IMG/VR virus record: IMGVR_UViG_3300028146_000008
Coordinates: 30,369-94,368 of that record
Direction: 5' to 3' (one strand)
Source: a virus
Length of the DNA: 64,000 bases
Position 1 is the first letter of the stretch. Each line of letters opens with the position of its first letter. Positions 18,763 to 28,788 of this stretch are shown here, piece after piece. The notes beneath the pieces are model-generated. The model searched no databases. It saw only the letters and a list, made by a program, of their open reading frames with translations, and was not told the DNA's origin. The position numbers and the translations under genes are program-made.

Positions 18763-21081
18763 ATGCAAAATGAATGGATTCGTACTAACCCGGCAATCCC
18801 CCGCGATTGTCTGACGCGCGGTTGCTTGATTACATATCTGGACGAAAATAAGGAATTTTGGCGTGCAGAAGTAGACGCGGTTTTGTCTGACCGCGTTCTG
18901 ACCGTTTATGGTCTCGAAATTCCGTTTTCCATGATTACTTTGGTTCAATCGTAAGACGAGAAGACTAAACCAGTTCACTCACTAAACAGGAGAATAGATA
19001 ATATGACTTGGAAACCGTTTATCGTAATTTGGGCCGTCGAGAAGGATTCTCCCGCGATAACCCGCCGATTGATCTTCTCTCTGCAGGATTTTGACTTCGC
19101 CTATGCCGCGTACAACTCATTCCGTGGCGACGTGGCTATCGGATCTAAGCTCGCTTGCGGGTTTTATCGTACACACCAATTGGTGACGAAAGGAAACTAA
19201 AATGCCCTCTATGCAACTATCATTCTGGCAGTGGTATCAGGTTCTAAGGTCTCATGGGCACTGGAGTATGCTTGAGTCTGTTTGGTACGCTTTGTACCTG
19301 AAAGGGTTAGTTCGATGATCACGAAACACACGCCCGGACCTTGGGAAACCGTATTTGAAGGGCATCGTCTATCCGTTTGGTCTGAAGGATACGGTTTCGT
19401 ACACTCGCATGAAGTACCGCAAGTAAACATAGGTGCCACACAAACCGCGAACGCTAACGCGCGTCTTATCTCTGCTGCGCCTGAATTGCTGCAGGCATTG
19501 CGCGACTTGCAAAAAGAGCTTCGCGACGCCATAAAACTAGACGTTAAAAAACACTATTCCTTAATGGTTGCCGATGCTTGTGCGAGTAAGGCAATCGCCA
19601 AAGCAGAAGGGAAAGACTAATGAAACGAACTGTTTGTATCACACTCCCCGACCTAGCATGGCCAGTTACACTCGAACAAACGGGAATAGACCGCTTTACC
19701 GTGACTTACGGGAAACAAGTCAAAAGCGGATTGCGGTATGGGCAAGCGGCAACAGAACTAGGTGCATGTATCATGCACGCTCTTGCTTGTGACGGAAAAT
19801 TAGACAATCGTGAGAAAGGCGAGAAGTAATGTCTAACCCCTATACCGTCGAATCCTTGCGCCAGTATGTAGGGTTAACTGGTTTGTTGTCTTCGGACAAA
19901 CTACAGTTTAACGTTTTGATTCTAGACGCGAAAGTCAGTTACGGGAATTCTAGGTTTCTTGTAATACCTGTAAGCGGATCCGGGGAAGTCTGGGTAGATT
20001 CTAGTCGGGTTTCGGTTTCGAGTACTTCACTTAGTGAACGGCTGTAAAATGTTTTCAATTCGTGCGGCCAGCACGTTAAACACGGAGGAAGTTATGTATA
20101 CGACTCAAAAGCAGGTTAGGGAAGCATTCTGGGATGCATGGCGCGATGGGCAGTTTAAGGGTATGAACGTCACACCTCGACTCATTACCGATTACAGCGG
20201 CAAAGGCAAAATGCACAACACAGACACGCGCACGGCATTTTGTGATTTCGTGGATATGCTTTTCAAGTCTGGCCAATTGGCTGAAGGTCTGGCGGAAAGA
20301 GTGACGCTATGAGCACGCGAAAAGAACGTCACGAATTCATTGCAATGCTTTATGAGCACTCACCGCACAAGTGGCAGGAATCTGACCCGCCGATGTTCAT
20401 TCAACGGCAAGCGGAATTGCTCATGCGCTACAGCGCGACGTTGCACCGTCTCGCGGAAGAACTGTGCAATGGCTATCAGGATTACAAAGGCAACTGGGAC
20501 GAAAAACGTACAACTTTGGCCGAAAAGAAGCAAGCTCGAATCGAACAACGTGCGGCAGAGGTAGCAGCGGCCATCGGCGGAAAAGTTATCACTGGCGGGG
20601 ATCCGCGCGGCTGTGTGCTCAAAGTTGTGTTCCCAGACGGCTATACAAATGACTGGGGGAGAGAAGGAATCTGCGTACCAGCCTAAGTATTCCACACTCT
20701 TACCCTATAGTGACAGGTAGGGTAAGTACGGGGAGTATTCAGTTCCCTTGTAAAATCAAACTGGAGGAAACGCTAATGGGCACTCAGAAACTAGGACGTA
20801 GCAGAGCGGCGAAGCGAGCAAAAGACATACACTTTCATAGTGACAATATGCTAGGTACTGACGGGCACCCGGCTATAAAGGTTAAGTACTATGGTTCAGC
20901 TCCGAGCGAATACGCTTGGGATGCAACCGTAGAGGATTTTTGGTTTAGCGCAAAGATGATCGCGCACGAACATGGATACTCAGGCGTTTTTAGCGAGGGC
21001 CGCTCCGGTGGCTGGCTTGTTCCCTTCTCTCAATATCAAAACGGCAAGCTCAAAACACGCGGCCAAAGGACAGGTACCTAA
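18763..21081 (+). other. Cluster of about 8 small plus-strand hypothetical genes (18763, 19003, ~19315, 19620, 19829, ~20094, 20309, ~20776), early/host-takeover type
   Basis: Tightly packed 60-125-aa ORFs with SD sites, opposite in orientation to the flanks; one has KHTPGPW...ANARLISAAPELL, common in phage early genes. Confidence 0.65.
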
Positions 21082-21459
21082 GTATCTCTGGCGCTATGCC
21101 CGCTGAATTGATCCGTGCCCGCTTACCTGGAGGTGTCTAACGCTGGCCGATAGCACAATTCGCGTGTACTCGCACGGCGGAATATGCTTGTGTTCGCGCG
21201 TGTCAGAATACGTGTAAGTATTACCGTGTCAAATATACACGTCCTATGCGTACTGGTGTACTAGAACTAAGAAATACCCTCGGCCATCGTCTGGAAAAAT
21301 TCCAAATCCTGAAAAACCTGGGCGCTCAAAAACACTTGCGCGATTGAATTCGGGGGAGCAAAAAGTCTTGCGCTTTGTTTTTAAGCCTACTTTATTAGGT
21401 TTTATATGCGAAAGTATATCTAATACCTAATATGATAGGTCTTAACATATCACGCGCGG

Positions 21460-21855
21460 CTATTCGGATTGCTCTTTGGAAACTCGGCGGGGCTTTGGGA
21501 CTTTGCGGCGTTGCCGCTTAAATCTTGTGATCTCATCCACCAGATAACCCAAGTGATACGCCACTACCTCGTTTTGCTTTTTCACGTCCATTACGTCGAA
21601 CATGCGTTTGATTGCGTGGTAGCTCTCATGCGCGATAGTTCCCGCGCTTGCGTTGGGTTTTAGAAATATGAAACTGCAATCTTCGTCGCTGTGTACGGTC
21701 AACGCTTCTGTGTATTCGAGACCATCTATGCACGCGGTCGGGGGGTATTTTTTCGTTGCCGCTGCGATGTCTGATGCGAACTCGACATGCACCCAGTAAT
21801 TCGAGAAAACGGGAAATTCAATTATTGTGAACCGGCTCCTCGGTTTTGACCTCAA
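21460..21855 (-). CDS. Zincin-like metallopeptidase domain protein
   Basis: IAHESYH...EVVAY. Confidence 0.65.
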   Translation of the reverse strand: MRSKPRSRFTIIEFPVFSNYWVHVEFASDIAAATKKYPPTACIDGLEYTEALTVHSDEDCSFIFLKPNASAGTIAHESYHAIKRMFDVMDVKKQNEVVAYHLGYLVDEITRFKRQRRKVPKPRRVSKEQSE

Positions 21856-22068
21856 TTGGAATCCCCTGGGCTATGCCGTTCTTTTCTACGATTGTTACTT
21901 TAACCGTTTTAAAACTGTATTTGTTCTCGTACCCGCGCAAACACAGACGTTGCTTCACTAAGTGAATAGCTTGCTCGGGATCGTCCGTGATGACGGTCCA
22001 AGTTATGAAATTCGTGGAGAATCGTTTACCGAGTGAAGTGATTGTGACCAGGTAGCCAGTTTCAGGAT

Positions 22069-22860
22069 CTACCGGCCTAACAAGTTCGTTACTGACAGGT
22101 ATCGGAACAACGCGGCCCCTCCGGTTAGAATCACGAGCACTAACACCGCGAGCAGCCATGATTTCCCCTCGGATTTGGGTTCTGAAATTACTGGAACCGA
22201 TTTCGGTTTATACAGAACATCTACCGCTTTGCGATTCGCCGGATCTTGAATGAAGTCCTCGAACTCTTTTGCGGTCATTGCTTGAATCGAAGAGAACGTT
22301 ACGGTCGGTGCTTTCGCGTCCGCGAAAAGGGGATACTCTGATTTCCAGCCAGTCAGTTTGACGAAATCTTCTACAAATTGAACCGCGTTAGATTGTGGCA
22401 GTCCATTCCATTGGAGTTCGGCAGCTCGGGCGGGCGGAACATCTAAACTCTTTTTGAGATCGTTTAGTTCTTTTTCTGTGTTCCAGAGTTTGCCGCGCAA
22501 TTCTTCAATAATATTGTTCTGGTTCAGTACGGATTGGAACAGACTCCCCCCGAGATCAAACAACATGCGGCCATTCGCGTCTCTGACTTCCGCAATTTGC
22601 TTCCAGTTATCGCTCGTAACCTTATACGTCGCTGCTTCATTCTCCGCGCGGGCAAGGTTTACATGAACTACTTCGAGCGTGTTCTTTAGGGATTCTACGT
22701 CTTTGCGTAGTTGCTCGACTTCGCGGCGCGTGATTGTGCGACCTGCGATTGTAGCGTCAACGAGTTCTGTCGCTTTTGCTACGATCCCCTCATCCGTGAG
22801 AATTTGTGAGGCGTCGAAACCCTGCAAAGCGGCGACGATCTCTTTAGCTATCTTGCTCAT
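22069..22860 (-). CDS. Coiled-coil protein with scaffold-like motif and C-terminal transmembrane anchor
   Basis: Heptad-rich body; IQAMTAKEFEDFIQDPANRKAVDVLY; WLLAVLVLVILTGGAALF. Confidence 0.7.
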   Translation of the reverse strand: MSKIAKEIVAALQGFDASQILTDEGIVAKATELVDATIAGRTITRREVEQLRKDVESLKNTLEVVHVNLARAENEAATYKVTSDNWKQIAEVRDANGRMLFDLGGSLFQSVLNQNNIIEELRGKLWNTEKELNDLKKSLDVPPARAAELQWNGLPQSNAVQFVEDFVKLTGWKSEYPLFADAKAPTVTFSSIQAMTAKEFEDFIQDPANRKAVDVLYKPKSVPVISEPKSEGKSWLLAVLVLVILTGGAALFRYLSVTNLLGR

Positions 22861-23695
22861 TGCTTTCCTTCTGTTGCTCGTTAATACGAGGAACGTATTC
22901 GATATGCTTCATTACAGTCAGGTCCGGGCAATTGTGCGTTTCGTCTTTGTAGAAAATCGTTTCGCACACTGGACAAATCAAATAATCCTTCAACTCAATC
23001 ATGCCCGACTGATCTCCTCTTGCCTGACTTGTTCTATTTCGTTCACTGAACAAAATGGCAAGAATTTGCGTCCGCCTTCGTAGACCAGCATCCCTGCTAC
23101 TAAATCCCCACCCTCGGGCTCCGGGACTTGTTCGAGGAATAGTGTTACCCGATTGTCCTCGAATAAATGTTTTTGAAGATTCCACTTCAATCCTGCAGAG
23201 CGAAGCGAGTGCTTAACTTTTAGCCACGCTTCACTCTCTGATTGGATCTCAATTATCATTTTTGAATCGTAGCACAATTCGTGAACTAATTCAAGAACTA
23301 ATTAGCTCGGAGATGTCATCGCGTAACCCCTGGAGGTCCACTTGCGCGGATTCTTCGGGACTTTGGGCATAGACTTAGGGATCGCACCCATTCCAGTCTT
23401 GGGCGATTCCTCGCTGCGCGTGCCGTTGTGCTTTAGCTGGCCTTCGCCTGTGCGGGATTTGCCGATTACTTCAAAGTACGTTGCGGGTGTTTGCCGCCAA
23501 CTCTTGTTTACGCCTTTGGGATTGCCACTTCCGGTTTTCGACTTCGGTACTGGTTTCATTGTGTTTCTCGTTTGTTTCTGTAATTTCGTTGCGTGGCACT
23601 TCACTTGTGAAGTGGCTTGTGGAATGACCTATTTCAGTAAATTGGCCAATTTCAGCAACTGTTGAAATGGCATGTTTTAGTGAAATTCATTGTAT

Positions 23696-24025
23696 CTAGC
23701 TTGGGTTTTTGAAACGGAACAGTTGCAAATTCGCCGTACCTTCTGGATTGGTCGGACCCGCTGCGCTCGTTCCACCTAGATTGAACTGAGGCGTGACCGC
23801 GCTGCCATCTGGTTTGGATCCGTATGCGCCTGGGTCGTAGCCAGAAAAATCGGTAGGCCCGAGATTGTTCAAACCTGCGGCTTGCCCTGCTAAACCACCG
23901 GGAACGCCCGTAGTAAGCGGCGTAGAAATGCTGTTCGCTGTGTGAACTTCTAAAAATACTGGAGCTGTAGCGTTCGCGCCTACTTGAAGTTCTGGTGTAT
24001 TGCTTGCCGGTCCAAAGTCTGCCAT
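23696..24025 (-). CDS. Small Gly/Pro-rich protein ending NPS
   Basis: GAGGT SD; N-terminus MADFGPASNTP; C-terminus FRFKNPS. Confidence 0.7.
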   Translation of the reverse strand: MADFGPASNTPELQVGANATAPVFLEVHTANSISTPLTTGVPGGLAGQAAGLNNLGPTDFSGYDPGAYGSKPDGSAVTPQFNLGGTSAAGPTNPEGTANLQLFRFKNPS

Positions 24026-24101
24026 TTGAATACCTCGGTGGTACTAATTAGGTGTACTATACGGCTGCTCCGAGGCAGGCGGAAATGATGCAAACTAATA
24101 C

Positions 24102-24130
24102 TTGACAAATGCGAATAAACGTTTTACAGT
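24102..24130 (+). promoter_or_regulatory. Sigma70-like promoter
   Basis: TTGACA-N17-TACAGT. Confidence 0.65.
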
Positions 24131-24930
24131 TCGCGTATGGAGGTGGTCAGTGCAACCGATCACAAAAGAACAAGGACTGGTTATCACGGGCTTTACGGGT
24201 GTTACGGCTGCGAACTTCGGAGATTTTCAACTCGATGTTGAAAAGAGACTTGGACGCCCCGTATTCACTCACGAACTGGCCGATAAAAATCTTTGGGAAG
24301 AAATTAAGGAACTTTACCGTGCGGACTTTCTCGATATGGTACGAGAAGCATGAACTCCCGAGAATCAGCATCACTAGACCGATACATCACTGGAAACTAC
24401 GGTGAAGATCAGTTCCATAATGAAGATGAAGTTATCTGTCAAGATTGCGGTTGCCCGCGCTCGATGCAACAGCGAAGAGACGCCCTACGATTGCTACGAA
24501 GACAATTGCGAGTGCAAAGGTTTTTCTTACATCCCGAGGAAACAAGCATGAGCTGGCAAACTCTACTAAACCAAACCGCTGATACTCTCTCCACTCGGGA
24601 AGAGTTGTTGCGGTCTTGCCGTGAGTTATTGGCGGTGGTTAAAACTATGCCACATCATGCTAAGACTCAAACCGCGCGTGAACTGATAGTATTGCGGGCA
24701 CAACAAAATATTGCCAAAGCTGCTCAAGAGAGCGGTTTAGAGATTGACTTCGGACATTTGGTGCGATGATGCGATTTATAGATTTGAATCCGGATTTGCA
24801 AGACGCGCCGCTGTTTCCAGAAATTTGGTATTACGTTCGGCGTTTTCAAAAATGGTATGCACTAAAACGCTACGGCGTTATGGTGCTGTACCCCGAGACT
24901 GATCGGATCGGTCGGCTGGGAGGCTAGCCT

Positions 24931-25512
24931 GTGCAATTCCTAACCACATCTGAACTGTTGGCCGTTCTTAAAGTTGCTCGCGACCGTTCGCTTCGAGATT
25001 GGCTGCTTATGGTCGTTCAGTTCAACCACGCTCTGCGGCCATCCGAGGTTTGTGCAATCAAGATGGACGATATCAAAAACGGTTCGCTTACTGTTCAACG
25101 TCGAAAGGGATCGAAGCTAACTTGTCAGCCGCTCCGGAAACATAAGGGCCAAACACTTCTGGACGAAGTTCGCGGATTGTCCGAGTGGGTTAAGGTTCGG
25201 CCCCGAGACTGTGGTTCAGCGTTGTTCTGTAGTGCAAAAGGTGGACCGATCACTGCGAAGCACTACAACTTTCTGTTTAAGAAGTACGCGCTGTTGGCGG
25301 GATTGCCACAATCTAAAGCTCATCCTCATGCCATACGCCACACGAGCGCCACGTTAATGGCTCGCCAGGGTATGGACATCGGATGGATTCAAACACATTT
25401 AGGCCATACCTCAATTACGAGTACGGCCATCTACACACATTTGAACTCAGAAGAAGTTTCTGCAAAAGCCCATGAAGCTTTCATGGACGCGTTTAAAGAT
25501 CCGACCACGTAA
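24931..25512 (+). CDS. Tyrosine recombinase, catalytic domain only (FimB/FimE-like)
   Basis: LRPSE, RRKGS, HPHAIRH, HLGH...TAIY catalytic set; 193 aa with no N-terminal arm/core-binding domain. Confidence 0.88.
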   Translation: MQFLTTSELLAVLKVARDRSLRDWLLMVVQFNHALRPSEVCAIKMDDIKNGSLTVQRRKGSKLTCQPLRKHKGQTLLDEVRGLSEWVKVRPRDCGSALFCSAKGGPITAKHYNFLFKKYALLAGLPQSKAHPHAIRHTSATLMARQGMDIGWIQTHLGHTSITSTAIYTHLNSEEVSAKAHEAFMDAFKDPTT

Positions 25513-25516
25513 ACTG

Positions 25517-25601
25517 CTGGGGCAGCAGGAGTCGAACCTGCAATGTCCTTTCGGACTGTCGCCTTAACGGGGCGATGCTGTGCCAGTTGAGCCACACCCC
25601 A
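25517..25601 (-). tRNA. Atypical tRNA with Asn (GUU) anticodon and long variable arm
   Basis: Acceptor TGGGGTG/TGCCCCA, G73; anticodon arm TCGCC-CCGTTAA-GGCGA; variable arm GTCC-GAAA-GGAC; T arm GCAGG-TTCGACT-CCTGC; no encoded CCA. Confidence 0.75.
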
Positions 25602-25770
25602 GCACTTGACGCGGTGTGTTATAATCCCGCCATGATTCTAATATGCGAACACTGTGCCTGTGGTTTGAATATTTCTGAACCTGCTGGATCACCGTTCGGC
25701 CAAGTTCAGCGCGGGGTTTGTCAGGTTTGCAGAGAAACGTGCGAGTGCTGGGAAGTAGAATTTGAACTGT

Positions 25771-26013
25771 CTAAGCTGGGTTCTTCAGATGCAGGCCCCC
25801 GCCTGCTGTAATTTTCACGTCCACTGGTTTAGCTGGCGGCGCGTTGAGAAATACTTCTTCCCTTCCTTCGGGTTCTGGTTCGCTAAAATCCTGTTCACTT
25901 AGTGAACGGTCGGGCGTCATGGGTGTTGCACCCGGACCCAGCGGACCCATAGGTGTGGATGTCTTCAAAACTTCTTTGTCAGACAATGCGCCGATTGCTC
26001 TGTTGAACATCAT
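25771..26013 (-). CDS. Small Pro-rich protein ending NPA
   Basis: C-terminus GLHLKNPA. Confidence 0.65.
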   Translation of the reverse strand: MMFNRAIGALSDKEVLKTSTPMGPLGPGATPMTPDRSLSEQDFSEPEPEGREEVFLNAPPAKPVDVKITAGGGLHLKNPA

Positions 26014-26437
26014 TTCCCCATTTCATACCGGACAAATTTAATTTTTGGCGGGTTCTTTCTCTGCGGGCACTTCTTTAGTGCTTCGATCAATACGTCAAGA
26101 AAATTCATTGCTGCTTGTTTAGATGTCAATTGAAGTACTCGCCACCGGGTTTGAGCCGGTTCATTTTCTTGTGTAAATCTTTCCACTCTTGGTGCGCTTG
26201 CCTTAGTCCTGGTTGCTGTTTAGCCGCGTCTTCCAGTGTGTGGCAGGCATCGCAAATCCGCGCTTCGGCGTATACGGAGTAAAAACCCCCACCTTCAAGT
26301 GCAGAAATTGGATACCCACAGTTCTTACACTTGTTCGAGCAATGCCTGAAATCGGCCATGTAGCTGCGAAGATTAGCGGCGCAAAGTATTTTTTCGCTGT
26401 GCAGGAGTGTCCGGGTGTCCACGATTACGCTTTCGAT

Positions 26438-27304
26438 TTAAGCTTTCAGTTTCTGGTCTTCGATCTCCTGCCATTCCATAGTCAAACGCCGCATTCTTTT
26501 ACGGTTTCCGTTTGCGCGGGAGTACCGTGTTGCTAGGCGGTTGTTGTCACCTGGATTGGTTTGGTTATCCCAGAGTCGTTTGTTCCAGGTCACCCATGAT
26601 TTCATTCCGGTTTTATGCCCCTCTTTACCCATCATTGGGTGCCAAAGATGGAGGATCTGACCGGGCAAGGTTTTATGCGGAGCGTACAAAGTATCCATTG
26701 CACGCATCGCTGAGTGGTCTTCGCCACCCCAACCCCGGAATCTTGTGTCCCAGCCGCCGACAATATCAAATGCTACGCGCGGGAAGATTTGCATCATCGC
26801 GCCGTACCAGTGTCCGCGTCCGGATCCTAGACGATTTTGAATATCGCAAGGATTAGGCGGCTCGGGAAAAACGTATGGGTCGCACGGTTTGGAATCTAGT
26901 ACGCGCTGCGAGGCTTCGTCTGTTAGCCGGTAGAATTGGCGATACGGAACGAACCACAGTTTGTGGCCACGTCTGATAGCTTTGCGGATTCGCTTCGCAC
27001 ACAGGAGTACTGCTTCTATTTCGATGTATCCGTCCGCGTCGGCCACTACGATAATATCGCCGTGGGATTTCTTCACGCCTGCATTCACCGCAGCGGACTT
27101 GGAGAATGGCAGCTTCTTATCCGGATCGGTGCCTACGATTATTTCCGCGCCCGGTAGCTGGCACTCCCAGTATTTCTGAACCCACTTGAAATTCTTAGCT
27201 TGCCGTTTGTAGTGCTTGGACGGCTTGAACGGAATTACGATGCTGATTCCTTCGCCCTTTTTGTGCTTCTTTCTCAGCTTCTTCAGAAGTTTGAGTGATT
27301 TCAT
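26438..27304 (-). CDS. Glycosyltransferase (GT2/GT7C-like)
   Basis: ISIVIPF, FSKSAAVN, VADAD, GGWDTRFRGWGGED, LHLWH. Confidence 0.85.
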   Translation of the reverse strand: MKSLKLLKKLRKKHKKGEGISIVIPFKPSKHYKRQAKNFKWVQKYWECQLPGAEIIVGTDPDKKLPFSKSAAVNAGVKKSHGDIIVVADADGYIEIEAVLLCAKRIRKAIRRGHKLWFVPYRQFYRLTDEASQRVLDSKPCDPYVFPEPPNPCDIQNRLGSGRGHWYGAMMQIFPRVAFDIVGGWDTRFRGWGGEDHSAMRAMDTLYAPHKTLPGQILHLWHPMMGKEGHKTGMKSWVTWNKRLWDNQTNPGDNNRLATRYSRANGNRKRMRRLTMEWQEIEDQKLKA

Positions 27305-28059
27305 CGGGCAGGCTCCAGAATGATATTTTCAAGAGCCTGATACGCATCGTAGATTTCAAACTTAGCGTCTTCGACATGGCCGCGAACTGGGTGAACCATT
27401 ATTCCTGGTTCAAATGGTGTGTGGATCGACGCGCTGTAATCGCGAAACTTGAAATCGCCGCCTTCAGTGCGGTTATCCAACGCTTTTGCTAGTTCCACGC
27501 GGCGTGGCAGTCCGAATGCGTCGGCCACGATCATGCCATGCAGCGATGATGTAACAATCCTCTCGCACGCGCCGATTTGCCGGATTACGGTGATCGGATC
27601 TTCTTGCGGGTCGATAACCCGTAGCTTTGCTTTACTCTTTTTGAACAGTTCTAAAAATCTAGGCGCGAGTTCTTTGTCTTTCCAGTGCGGAACGATGCCG
27701 AGGTCCCACTGTTTATCTTGTGGACCAACCAGCTCGTCGGCCAATAGTCCGGGATCGCCGAGTGCGTAATCTCCCTTGATTCCCTTTGCGGAGAGTGGGC
27801 CGCGTAATGCTAAAATTGTTGCGTCGGGCAAATTGATTGTGCTCGACTCGCGGATTTTCCCGGAACCGAGTATGTAGCCACTGTAATCGGACGGGATGTG
27901 TTCAAGAACTGAACCGACCGAAACTACTTCGGCTTCTGCAGCGGGTGTCCATTCAACTTTGGCATTCGCAAATCTTTCCAGCAGAAACGGGGCAAGGGCA
28001 TCGCCAAAATTAGAAACTCCCCGCCACCAGTAGCCCTTTACTTCGCCCATTTCTTCCAT
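27301..28059 (-). CDS. Polysaccharide pyruvyltransferase (ExoV-like)
   Basis: NFGDAL, LRGPLS, GDPGLL, GIVPH, TSSLHGMIVADAFG. Confidence 0.88.
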   Translation of the reverse strand: MEEMGEVKGYWWRGVSNFGDALAPFLLERFANAKVEWTPAAEAEVVSVGSVLEHIPSDYSGYILGSGKIRESSTINLPDATILALRGPLSAKGIKGDYALGDPGLLADELVGPQDKQWDLGIVPHWKDKELAPRFLELFKKSKAKLRVIDPQEDPITVIRQIGACERIVTSSLHGMIVADAFGLPRRVELAKALDNRTEGGDFKFRDYSASIHTPFEPGIMVHPVRGHVEDAKFEIYDAYQALENIILEPAR

Positions 28060-28082
28060 TGGCCCGGATCCTCAGTTAGTCT

Positions 28083-28379
28083 TTACTGTCCTCCAGAATG
28101 CGAATCGTCGCTCTGGTTGTTTCTCTCGTGGTAGTCCTGCCCGAGCGAGTGCGCTAAAATTATGGCTTGGAGCGCGGTGATTACTTCTGCGTATGCGCTT
28201 GTCAATTTTCCGAACCACGCTAAAATGGTCGCGGACAAACTAAAGAACACGGCGAACGCTACGGTGCGCCCGCTTAATTCATCGGTGAGTAGAGTTAGTA
28301 GCGGTTTTTCTGGAAACTTTTTTCTTAGTTTTTTTAGGAGTCGAAACATCGCGGGGTCCGAACGCGCGATCCCAAACAT
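28083..28379 (-). CDS. Small two-TM membrane protein (holin-like)
   Basis: Basic N-terminus and two hydrophobic helices; near the endolysin. Confidence 0.4.
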   Translation of the reverse strand: MFGIARSDPAMFRLLKKLRKKFPEKPLLTLLTDELSGRTVAFAVFFSLSATILAWFGKLTSAYAEVITALQAIILAHSLGQDYHERNNQSDDSHSGGQ

Positions 28380-28788
28380 CCTGCGCGATATGACTGTTTG
28401 ATGGAAATGTTACCGAGCGGGCTCCTCTTGCGAGCGCGTCATTGGCTGCCATATCTATACCTTCCAGTATTTCTTTGCTTCTTCTGTTGCGGGAACACTT
28501 GGGTCTTGAATGTAGCTTTTACCGTCGATATTGTAGATATCTGTAGAGGCGGCCCTGTCAACCAGGTTCTCGCTAAATACTTTTTCTAGAGGCATCCTGG
28601 TAAGCAGCATCCCGAAGTCGTATGGGTGAATTTTAATTGGATCGGTCATGCGATCTTCCTAATTACTTTAGTTGGTCCACACTTCTGGCACCGCCAGCCG
28701 TGGAGACCAGCTTTAACTTTTCCTTCGGTGGATCCTGTGGGTGGTTTACGAACGCCTTGTCCGCATGTGGCGCACTGGTAGGAATAGT

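Noticed and set aside
25517-25601. Ochre suppressor (UUA) reading of the atypical tRNA
   Set aside because: The 5-bp stem with a 7-nt loop places GUU, not UUA, at positions 34-36.
25606-25626. Self-target of the array leader unit (AC GG TG GT AT AA) at TTGACGCGGTGTGTTATAAT
   Set aside because: Only 4 of 6 dinucleotides match under an NNx reading, which is too short to be significant.
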